Source: Clostridia bacterium
Lineage (GTDB): Bacteria; Bacillota; Clostridia; Oscillospirales; Acutalibacteraceae
DNA: 64,000 nucleotides
Assembly: GCA_017517665.1 (NCBI GenBank)
Contig: JAFWYP010000060.1
Location: 14,759 to 78,758 of the forward strand
Direction: 5' to 3'
Position numbers and translations under genes: made by a program. Below, in pieces: positions 1 through 7,528 of this stretch. Positions within the stretch are counted from its first letter, which is position 1. The number at the start of each line of letters is the position of its first letter. The notes under the pieces are model-generated. The model was not told the origin of the DNA. It saw only the letters and a list, made by a program, of their open reading frames with translations, and did not search any database.

Positions 1-831
1 GCGGCAGTTTCGGGTGTAACGGGATTCGGTGTTTCAAAGATTAAGACAGACAGAGATTATGCATACACCGTAAGTTACCACGATGATGTTCAGCAGGTAA
101 AAGACCTTATTAAAAACGGTAAGGCAGATTTTGCCGCAATGAATCTTGCTGATGCTGTTGACCTTTATAATGAGGGTGCGGGAATAAAGGTTATTTCCGT
201 AAATAATCTTGCGTCAATGTATGTTATGGCAAAGGGTGTTGAAATCTCTAAAATCACCGATTTGAAGAAGCATACAATTTATATGCTTGAAAACGATGCA
301 GTTACCGATTTGTTTGTCAGAACAACACTTAAGGATAACGGTATTGATTTTGAAAGCCTTGATATCAAGGCTATGGCAGATACAAATGAAATAGCCTCAA
401 CCGTTGCGGAAAAAGACAGCTATGTTCTCATGCTCAGCGGTGTTGATGCGGCAAATCTTCCTGCGGATGAGGGCAGAAAGGTTTATATTGATATGACAAT
501 GGGCTGGATAAATCAGAAGGAAAGCCTTCCTGTTCATACAGTTGTTGTTGCAAGAACCGACTATATTAATTCCAATCCGGAGATTATTGATGAATTCAGA
601 ATGTTCAATGAAGTTTCGGTTAATTTTATTGCAGGCAATGCCGAAATGGCATCTCTGCATCTTGCGGGTGAAGGTGCGTTTGACAATGCTGAAATTGCCT
701 ATAAGTATCTGACAGAGTTTTCCTCCCTTGGATATGCCGAAAAAGAGAAAATGAAAACTGTTATTTCGGAAAGCATTGAGGCTTGTGTTGAAGACGGACT
801 TCCTGCAGATGATTTCTTCTATATTGACTGA
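1..831 (+). CDS. ABC transporter substrate-binding protein, NitT/TauT (SsuA-like); 5'-truncated by window edge
   Basis: Frame is open from base 1 (AAVSGVTGFGVSKIK...GKADFAAMNLA) into the listed 139..831 ORF. It has a VVVARTDY motif and a C-terminal LPADDFFY typical of this family. Confidence 0.65.
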   Translation, partial: AAVSGVTGFGVSKIKTDRDYAYTVSYHDDVQQVKDLIKNGKADFAAMNLADAVDLYNEGAGIKVISVNNLASMYVMAKGVEISKITDLKKHTIYMLENDAVTDLFVRTTLKDNGIDFESLDIKAMADTNEIASTVAEKDSYVLMLSGVDAANLPADEGRKVYIDMTMGWINQKESLPVHTVVVARTDYINSNPEIIDEFRMFNEVSVNFIAGNAEMASLHLAGEGAFDNAEIAYKYLTEFSSLGYAEKEKMKTVISESIEACVEDGLPADDFFYID

Positions 832-835
832 TTTT

Positions 836-868
836 ATCGGCTTGTGCATTTTTGTGCAAGCCGATTTT
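836..868 (+). terminator. Intrinsic terminator
   Basis: ATCGGCTTG...CAAGCCGAT stem followed by Ts, directly after the stop codon. Confidence 0.6.
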
Positions 869-931
869 GCCGCTTTTATTGAAAAACATTTAATATAATT
901 CAAATTTGTGACCGATATATTAATTTTTTGC

Positions 932-960
932 TTGCAATTATAATAAATTTATACTATACT
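932..960 (+). promoter_or_regulatory. sigmaA-type promoter of the lipoprotein gene
   Basis: TTGCAA-N17-TATACT. Confidence 0.6.
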
Positions 961-1040
961 TATTTCAAACGCCGTTGCGGCAGTAATTCGTCGAATTTTG
1001 ACCGCAGCGTATCAAAAACAAAATTTTGGAGGAAAAGACA

Positions 1041-1958
1041 ATGGCAAAGAAAATTCTTGCAATTCTTCTCGCACTCACATTCGTATTTGCTTTTGCTGCT
1101 TGCGGCGGCAAGGGTGACGAAGAAACCACAACAACTCCCGCAGAAACAACAGCAGATCCCTTCGCAGAGGTTGAAGACACAACAGCTGCTATCGAGGATA
1201 CAACAGCCGCAGTTGAAGACACAACAGCCGCTGTCGTTGAAGATACCACTGTTGCAGTTGAAGACACAACAGTTGCAGGCGAAACAACAACAGCAGCAAC
1301 AACAGAAGCTGCAAAAGCTGTTCCCCAGACCAAGGCAGAAATTGTTGAATATTACAACACAGCTATCAATAACGCAAAGAAAAATTCAAAGAGCATTCAT
1401 TCAAACTATATGAAGCATGCAGTTGCAGGCGAAATCACCGGTATCCCCAGCGCTCTTGATTCAATCGGTCAGAGCCTTATCAAGGATAACATGGGCGAAG
1501 ATGACAGCAAGAAGAATGTTACATGGTCAACAGCAGAAGACAAAAATGCATTCTTCCCCGTTGAAAACGAAACATGGGCAAGCAAGCTTACCGCTGACGA
1601 CGTTAAGGATGCAAAGCTTGTTGAAAAAGACGGCAAATACATAATCAGAATCACAACCAAGGATGATGCCCGTTCAGAAGGTCATAAGCACGGTTCAGGC
1701 CATGCTCCCAAGGCTTTCAACGTTGTTCTTCCCGGCATCATTGACGGTTATATTCCCGGTATCGTTAAGAGTATGTTCAGCGTTGGTACAGTTGCAACAG
1801 CTTACCCTGCAAGCACAGTTCAGGTTACAGTTGACGCAGCAACAGGCAATGTTGTTTCCGCTAACTATATGATGTACTGGACTCTTTTCATTCCTCTCGG
1901 TGATACAGACGTAGTTCTTCCCTTCTCAACAGAGAATGACTACACAATCAACTGGTAA
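1041..1958 (+). CDS. Lipoprotein with Thr/Glu-rich repeat stalk and uncharacterised C-terminal domain
   Basis: GGAGG RBS before ATG 1041, signal peptide with lipobox FAAC, and (V/I)EDTT(A/V)A repeats. Confidence 0.85.
   Translation: MAKKILAILLALTFVFAFAACGGKGDEETTTTPAETTADPFAEVEDTTAAIEDTTAAVEDTTAAVVEDTTVAVEDTTVAGETTTAATTEAAKAVPQTKAEIVEYYNTAINNAKKNSKSIHSNYMKHAVAGEITGIPSALDSIGQSLIKDNMGEDDSKKNVTWSTAEDKNAFFPVENETWASKLTADDVKDAKLVEKDGKYIIRITTKDDARSEGHKHGSGHAPKAFNVVLPGIIDGYIPGIVKSMFSVGTVATAYPASTVQVTVDAATGNVVSANYMMYWTLFIPLGDTDVVLPFSTENDYTINW
1170..1277 (+). repeat. Imperfect 21-bp coding tandem repeat (5 units)
   Basis: GTTGAAGACACAACAGCTGCT-like units at 1170, 1191, 1212, 1236 and 1257. Confidence 0.85.
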
Positions 1959-1971
1959 TTTATGATTTAAC

Positions 1972-2001
1972 GGTGACCGTATTTTTGCGGTCACCATTAT
2001 T
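1972..2001 (+). terminator. Probable intrinsic terminator
   Basis: GGTGACCGT...GCGGTCACC stem with a weak T tail. Confidence 0.55.
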
Positions 2002-2036
2002 CTGTTAAAAATTTATTGATAAAAAGGTGATTTACT

Positions 2037-2609
2037 ATGAAAAAGGAAGTTCTTGTTGAAACTTCAGCACGTCACGTTCATGTAAGCCGTGCAGACCTTG
2101 ATGTTCTTTTCGGCGAAGGCTATGAACTTACACACAAAAAAGACCTTTCACAGCCCGGTCAATTTGCTTGCGAAGAAAGAGTAGCTGTTGTTGGCGAAAA
2201 GGGAAGCTTCCCCGCAGTTTCGATTCTCGGACCCGTTCGTCCCTCAACTCAGGTTGAGCTTTCACTTACAGATGCACGTTCAATCGGTGTTAAGGCACCC
2301 GTTCGCGAAAGCGGCGATATCGCAGAAAGCGGCAAGTGCAAGCTTGTAGGACCCAAGGGTGAAGTTGAAATCGAGTGCGGCGTTATCTCCGCAAAGAGAC
2401 ATATCCATGCAACTCCCGCCGATGCTGAAAAGTACGGTCTTGAGGATAAGCAGATTGTTTGCGTTAAGATTGAATCCGACGGCAGAAAGCTTGTTTTTGA
2501 CGATGTTGTCGTAAGAGTTAACCCCAATTTTGCTCTTGCAATGCATATTGATACAGACGAATCAAATGCAGCAGGTACAGTTCCCGGCATGATGGGCGAA
2601 ATCCTTTAA
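2037..2609 (+). CDS. pduL: Phosphate propanoyltransferase / PduL-type phosphotransacylase
   Basis: SARHVH, LSQPGQFA, RESGD, RHIH and MHIDTDESNAA motifs. Confidence 0.92.
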   Translation: MKKEVLVETSARHVHVSRADLDVLFGEGYELTHKKDLSQPGQFACEERVAVVGEKGSFPAVSILGPVRPSTQVELSLTDARSIGVKAPVRESGDIAESGKCKLVGPKGEVEIECGVISAKRHIHATPADAEKYGLEDKQIVCVKIESDGRKLVFDDVVVRVNPNFALAMHIDTDESNAAGTVPGMMGEIL

Positions 2610-2618
2610 TTATCAATT

Positions 2619-2665
2619 AATATCCCCCATATTTTCGGAACTCCGAAAATATGGGGGATATTTTT
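2619..2665. terminator. Long perfect palindrome, bidirectional terminator between pduL and mazF
   Basis: AATATCCCCCATATTTTCGGA-AC-TCCGAAAATATGGGGGATATT (21-bp arms). Confidence 0.85.
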
Positions 2666-3014
2666 ATTCGCCAACAATACCCAGACTCACCGACAAAGCT
2701 CTGTCAACCCTGACCATGTCTGTTTCATCAAGAATTCCCATTTTTTCTCTCAACCTTTTTTTGTCGAGAGTACGTACCTGTTCAAGCAATACTATCGAAT
2801 CTTTTGCAAGACCGCAGCCGTCGGCGTTGACTCTTATGTGTGTCGGCAGACTTGTTTTGAATCGCTGGCTTGTAATTGCGGCAGCAATAACCGTTGGGCT
2901 GAATTTGTTACCCACATCGTTCTGAACAATCAGAACAGGTCTTGTTCCGCCTTGCTCCGAGCCTATAACCGGACTCAGGTCAGCATAATAAATTTCTCCC
3001 CGTTTAACGGTCAT
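2664..3014 (-). CDS. mazF: MazF/PemK-family endoribonuclease toxin (NdoA-like)
   Basis: KRGEIYYADLSPVIGSEQGGTRPVLIVQNDVGN, LPTH and LLEQVRTLDKKRL motifs; GGAGAG RBS. Confidence 0.95.
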   Translation of the reverse strand: MTVKRGEIYYADLSPVIGSEQGGTRPVLIVQNDVGNKFSPTVIAAAITSQRFKTSLPTHIRVNADGCGLAKDSIVLLEQVRTLDKKRLREKMGILDETDMVRVDRALSVSLGIVGE

Positions 3015-3167
3015 GTTATCACTCTCCGAATTTGCAAAGTTTAACTTTCACCACTATTTTTGGCATACGGCAGGCAAAATAAACGCAGATTTGAAATCGG
3101 GGAGCAAAAAATTTCAAATTTGCCTGTCCTTCTACCATTATTATATTCGGCTTGTGATATATGGTGC

Positions 3168-3199
3168 AAAAAACGGCGCAAGAAAATTGCACCGTTTTT
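3168..3199. terminator. Intrinsic terminator after the glycosylase gene (T tails on both strands)
   Basis: AAAAAACGGCGCAA-GAAAA-TTGCACCGTTTTT. Confidence 0.75.
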
Positions 3200-3201
3200 G
3201 A

Positions 3202-3678
3202 TTATTCTTTAATTTTTTTCCATGCTTCAACAAGTTTTTCGATTTTCCATGCCGCATTTGCGGGGCTTGTTGACGGCAGACAAACAGCCTTTATTCCTGT
3301 TTTCGGATAAGTATATTTGTTATAATATTTTTCGGCTGTTTTGCCGTTTACAAAAATCCTTTCAACCTTGCTGTTATTTATAATAATGCTCAGGTCATTT
3401 GCCGTAACATCGGATATTGAGCTGTCGGAGCTTCCGATTATTTCGCATGATGCGATAACATCCCATAAAGCAAGGTCGTTTTCAAGAACAAGCTTTTTCT
3501 TTTCTTCAACGGTTTCGGGTTTAGGCATGCCGTAAATCATAGCGAGAACCGGCCAGAATCTGTTCTGCGGATGACCGTAGAAAAATGCGGTTTCCCTTGA
3601 CTTAACCGACGGAAATGAACCGAGAATAAGTGTTTTTGAATTTTCGTCAAAAAGCGGCGGAATGGGATGAACAATCAT
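3202..3678 (-). CDS. DNA-deoxyinosine/hypoxanthine glycosylase (UDG superfamily)
   Basis: LILGSFPSVKS, FYGHPQNRFW, LWDV and LPSTSPANA motifs. The likely start overlaps the ribU stop (TAATG); an alternative start is at 3690. Confidence 0.88.
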   Translation of the reverse strand: MIVHPIPPLFDENSKTLILGSFPSVKSRETAFFYGHPQNRFWPVLAMIYGMPKPETVEEKKKLVLENDLALWDVIASCEIIGSSDSSISDVTANDLSIIINNSKVERIFVNGKTAEKYYNKYTYPKTGIKAVCLPSTSPANAAWKIEKLVEAWKKIKE

Positions 3679-4244
3679 TATTTGTCCCATCCTTTGATAT
3701 GTTTTTTAAGGATACCCGAAATCGGAAGAAATACGGCAAAGGTAACCGCAGAGTTTATGCCTGCCTTAAGAAGATTGAACGGAATAATTGCAGGTATGAG
3801 CATTCCCACAACCGTCTGTGTGCCTGCACCCATGAAAATTCCCGTAAAAACAAGGTTGAGAGGAATCATGACAACCGTCATTGCAATCGAGCCGATAACA
3901 AGACCGATAACAAGGCTTGCGGTTGTTTTTTTCTTTTTGTAAATGAGTGATGCTGTAAAAACAAGCACCGATGATGCGATGAAATGCATAAAAAAGCCTA
4001 TAATTCCGCTTGATGCGCTTACGGTTAACGCCTGAATGATGCATACCGCAAGCAGAATTATTATACCCGAAACAGGACCGAGAAGCATTGAACCGATAAG
4101 TACAGGGATATCCGCGGCATCATATTCAAGAAACGGTGCAGCGGGTATCAGCGGGAATTTGACAACATAAAGCGACACTATTGAAAGTGCCGTGAGCATT
4201 GCCATTATGGCGGTACGGATAACTTTTTGCTGATTGTTTTGCAT
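3678..4244 (-). CDS. ribU: ECF transporter S component, riboflavin (RibU-like)
   Basis: PAAPFLEYDAADIP and IIPFNLLK motifs, AAAGGAG RBS before ATG 4244, and an FMN riboswitch upstream. Confidence 0.88.
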   Translation of the reverse strand: MQNNQQKVIRTAIMAMLTALSIVSLYVVKFPLIPAAPFLEYDAADIPVLIGSMLLGPVSGIIILLAVCIIQALTVSASSGIIGFFMHFIASSVLVFTASLIYKKKKTTASLVIGLVIGSIAMTVVMIPLNLVFTGIFMGAGTQTVVGMLIPAIIPFNLLKAGINSAVTFAVFLPISGILKKHIKGWDK

Positions 4245-4276
4245 TGATTTTATCTCCTTTCGCTCGGAGATGCCGA

Positions 4277-4310
4277 AACAAACAAAAAACCCTGCAAAAA
4301 TATGCAGGGC
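4277..4310 (-). terminator. Riboswitch expression-platform terminator
   Basis: Minus strand CCCTGCA-TATTTT-TGCAGGG followed by TTTTTTGTTTGTTT. Confidence 0.8.
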
Positions 4311-4329
4311 GTAAAAATGCAGAATATCG

Positions 4330-4448
4330 GCATTCTCTTTCATCCGGACTCTTACCGTCGGTTGCGGAATTTCACCGCATCAACCGTTTTAAACGGCTCG
4401 TGGACTATACCACCGGTGGGGAATCTCACCCCGCCCCGAGAATTATTA
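4330..4448 (-). ncRNA. FMN riboswitch (RFN element)
   Basis: Minus strand ATTCTCGGGGCGGGGTGAGATTCCCCACCGGTGGTATAGTCCACGAGC...TGATGCGGTGAAATTCCGCAACCGACGGTAAGAGTCCGGATGAAAGAGAAT matches the RFN consensus. Confidence 0.97.
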
Positions 4449-4453
4449 ACTTT

Positions 4454-4481
4454 ATTATAGTACACCGCACGGATTTGTCAA
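4454..4481 (-). promoter_or_regulatory. sigmaA promoter of the FMN riboswitch-ribU unit
   Basis: TTGACA-N16-TATAAT just upstream of the aptamer. Confidence 0.8.
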
Positions 4482-4580
4482 TAACAATATTGAAATTAAC
4501 AAAATTTGAGTTTGTGTTTTATATAAATATATGTTACAATAAATTGTAATTATTTGATGCAACCTGAAAGGATGATATAT

Positions 4581-5564
4581 ATGAATTTCACACCCGTAGG
4601 CGGGGCAGGAACTCACGAGGGTTTTTGTCTAATCAAATCGGTTGAAAAAAAGCTCACTGCAAAAGGCGTGCCTTATCTTGACCTTGTTCTTGCGGATAAC
4701 AGCGGCGAAATCAGCGCAAAGCTCTGGGACTATAAGGAAACACCGACCAATCAATATGACAAATCCGATTTTGTTAAGGTAAGAGGCACATATGTGCCGT
4801 TTAACGACACAATGCAGTTCAGAGTTGAACGCATCCGTCAGGTGTTGCCCGAAGATAACGTTATGATTGAGGACTATGTTCCTTCTGCGTGCCTTACAGG
4901 CGATGTTATGCTTGCGGAAGTTGAAAAGATTGTTGAGTCGTTCAAGGATGAAGAACTTAAAAAGCTTGTTTTTGCGGTTATGGAAGAATACAGAGAAAAA
5001 ATTCTCTACTGGCCTGCCGCAAAGAATCTTCATCATGCTGTAAGAAGCGGTCTGCTTATGCACACTCTTTCAATTCTCCGTCTTGCAGAGGGTGTTTGCA
5101 GAATATATAAATTTGTGAATTACGATTTGCTTTGCACCGGCGCAATTCTCCATGATATTGCCAAAATCCAAGAAATGGATGTTTCTTCAACGGGCATTGC
5201 AAGTGAATATACAACCAAAGGAAATCTTCTTGGACATCTTGTTATGGGCGCGATAAATATCGACAGAATAGGAAAAAGTATCGGAGTTTCCGATGAAACG
5301 CTCACTCTTGTTGAGCATATGCTTATTTCGCATCACGGCACTCCCGAATTCGGTGCGGCAAAGCTTCCGATGTTCATTGAAGCGGAGCTTCTTTCCGAGC
5401 TTGACCTTATGGATGCCCGTCTTTATGAGATGCATTCGGCAGTTGAAGCGGTTGAAGAAGGCGCGTTCACTCCCAGACAGTGGGCGCTTGAGAACAGAAA
5501 TCTTTATAATCACGGCAGAGCTTACAGCGGTGCTGTGGAACTATTGAAGGAGGAAAATGTATGA
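4581..5564 (+). CDS. yhaM: 3'-5' exoribonuclease YhaM/Cbf1 family (OB-fold + HD domain)
   Basis: DNSGEISAKLW OB fold, WPAAKNLHHA, ILHDIAK, GNLLGH and ISHHG motifs; GAAAGGA RBS before ATG 4581. Confidence 0.88.
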   Translation: MNFTPVGGAGTHEGFCLIKSVEKKLTAKGVPYLDLVLADNSGEISAKLWDYKETPTNQYDKSDFVKVRGTYVPFNDTMQFRVERIRQVLPEDNVMIEDYVPSACLTGDVMLAEVEKIVESFKDEELKKLVFAVMEEYREKILYWPAAKNLHHAVRSGLLMHTLSILRLAEGVCRIYKFVNYDLLCTGAILHDIAKIQEMDVSSTGIASEYTTKGNLLGHLVMGAINIDRIGKSIGVSDETLTLVEHMLISHHGTPEFGAAKLPMFIEAELLSELDLMDARLYEMHSAVEAVEEGAFTPRQWALENRNLYNHGRAYSGAVELLKEENV

Positions 5565-6589
5565 GAAACCATGAAGTAACCAAGGTTCAGCCCTTGCTTA
5601 AGGAAGACGGAAGCCTCAGAGAGCCCGGCTGGTCAAAACAGCTTTATCAGGTCTATGACCGCAATGCAATCAAAGCTCCGAAGTTCAGAATCAAGGAATG
5701 GGACTATTATCTCGTTATTTCGGAAAAAAACAATTTCGGTGTTGCTTTCACTATTTCCGATGACGGATATATCGGCTTGCAGTCTGCAACCCTTCTTGAT
5801 TTTTCAAAGCCCTGGGAACATACCGAAACAATTCTCAATGCTCTTCCCATGGGCAAATTCAAGCTCCCTTCAACAAGTGCAAAGGGCAACACCGTTTATC
5901 ACGATAAGCGCCTCGACATGGAATTTCAGGTGACCGAGGGTAAGCGCAGAATAGTTTGCAATTTCAAAAAGTTCTGCGACGGCAAGGACTTTTATTGTGA
6001 TATCACTCTTGAACAGCCCGATATGGACACAATGGTTATCGCAACTCCTTGGAAAGAAAAGAAAACCGCTTTCTATTATAATCAGAAAATCAACTGCATG
6101 AGAGCAAGCGGCAAGGCGACCTTTGACGGCAAGGATTATGTTTTTGACCCTTCAACCGATTTCGGAACTCTTGACTGGGGCAGAGGCGTATGGACATATG
6201 ACAACACATGGTACTGGGGCTCGGGCAACATGGATATTGACGGTCATGCATTCGGTTTCAATATCGGCTACGGTTTCGGTGACACAACAGCCGCAAGCGA
6301 AAACATGCTTTTCTATGACGGAAAGTGCCATAAACTTGACGATGTAACCTTCAATATTCCCGCAAGCGGATACACAGACCCGTGGACCTTCACTTCAAGC
6401 GACGGCAGATTTGAAATGGAGTTTGTTCCCATTATTGACCGCGCCGCAAAAATTGATGTCAAGGTTATCATAACCGACCAGCATCAGGTGTTCGGCAGAA
6501 TGAGCGGTAAGGCAATTCTTGATGACGGAACGGTTATTGAGGTTAAAGACTGCCTTTGCTTTGCGGAAGATGTACATAATAAATATTAA
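5561..6589 (+). CDS. DUF2804 family protein
   Basis: RIKEWDYY, FYYNQKINCM, LDWGRGVW, GFNIGYGFG and QHQVFG motifs. Confidence 0.8.
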   Translation: MRNHEVTKVQPLLKEDGSLREPGWSKQLYQVYDRNAIKAPKFRIKEWDYYLVISEKNNFGVAFTISDDGYIGLQSATLLDFSKPWEHTETILNALPMGKFKLPSTSAKGNTVYHDKRLDMEFQVTEGKRRIVCNFKKFCDGKDFYCDITLEQPDMDTMVIATPWKEKKTAFYYNQKINCMRASGKATFDGKDYVFDPSTDFGTLDWGRGVWTYDNTWYWGSGNMDIDGHAFGFNIGYGFGDTTAASENMLFYDGKCHKLDDVTFNIPASGYTDPWTFTSSDGRFEMEFVPIIDRAAKIDVKVIITDQHQVFGRMSGKAILDDGTVIEVKDCLCFAEDVHNKY

Positions 6590-6601
6590 TCGGAGATAAA
6601 A

Positions 6602-7528
6602 ATGGATTGGACAGAAATTAAAATAACTGTCAACGCAGACGAGGTTGACAAGGCGGGGGATATTGCCTCCATGGTTGTTCCCTACGGAATTTATATTGAA
6701 GACTACCGCACTCTTGAGCAGGAAGCGTGGGAGATAGCGAGAATCGACCTTATTGATGAAGATTTGCTTGCAAAGGACAGAAGCAAGGGTATTGTTCATG
6801 TCTATATTTCACCCGAAGAAAATCCTGCCGAAGCGGTTTCGTTCCTTAAAGAAAGATATGTTGCAGAGGGTATCGATTGTGAAATTGATGAGGTTCTCTG
6901 CAAAAATGCCGACTGGGAAAATAATTGGAAAAAATATTTCAAGCCCATGCCCGTCGGTGACAGACTCCTTATCCGTCCCATCTGGGAGGATGAATATGAT
7001 GCGGGTGACAGAGCCGTTCTTCATCTTGAACCGGGTCTTGCATTCGGTTCGGGTACTCACGACACAACCCGTCTTTGCCTTGAAACTCTTGAAAAATATG
7101 CTTATCCGGGCAAAACTGTTCTTGATGTGGGATGCGGAAGCGGTATTCTTTCGGTTGCATCTCTTCTTCTCGGTGCAGACAGCGCGGTTGGTGTTGATAT
7201 TGATGCTCTCGCTGTTAAAACCGCAAAAGAAAACGGCATAACCAACGGATTTGACGAACCTGAATTCACCGTTCTCAAAGGCTCAACAACCGATAAGGTA
7301 ACTGGTAAATTCGATATAATTGCCGCAAATATTGTTGCAGATATAATCATCGGTCTTTGCAAGAATGTCAAGGATTTCATGAATCCCGATGCAGTTTTCA
7401 TCACGTCGGGCATTATTGTTCCCAGAGAAGATGATGTTCTTGCGGCGTTTGCCGAAAACGGACTTGAAGTTATTGCCCGTCACGAAAGCGGCGGTTGGCT
7501 CTGTTTTGAAGCAAAGGCGGCGGAATGA
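6602..7528 (+). CDS. prmA: Ribosomal protein L11 methyltransferase
   Basis: WKKYFKP, EPGLAFGSGTHDTT, LDVGCGSGILS and ANIVAD motifs. Confidence 0.95.
   Translation: MDWTEIKITVNADEVDKAGDIASMVVPYGIYIEDYRTLEQEAWEIARIDLIDEDLLAKDRSKGIVHVYISPEENPAEAVSFLKERYVAEGIDCEIDEVLCKNADWENNWKKYFKPMPVGDRLLIRPIWEDEYDAGDRAVLHLEPGLAFGSGTHDTTRLCLETLEKYAYPGKTVLDVGCGSGILSVASLLLGADSAVGVDIDALAVKTAKENGITNGFDEPEFTVLKGSTTDKVTGKFDIIAANIVADIIIGLCKNVKDFMNPDAVFITSGIIVPREDDVLAAFAENGLEVIARHESGGWLCFEAKAAE

Noticed and set aside
1170-1277. Regular repeats as a CRISPR array
   Set aside because: They are in-frame tandem units with no spacers inside a lipoprotein gene, and there are no cas genes.
928-1413. Gln-rich ORF 928..1413 and Val/Ser-rich antisense ORF 965..1333
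   Set aside because: These are alternative-frame readings of the Thr-rich repeat, with no RBS.
3019-3138. 39-codon minus-strand ORF (MVEGQANLKFF...KFGE) ending 4 nt before mazF, as a possible antitoxin
   Set aside because: It has no RBS, its ATG lies 1 nt after the -10 box and so upstream of the expected TSS, and it is basic/hydrophobic rather than acidic. Ribo-seq would be needed to revive it.
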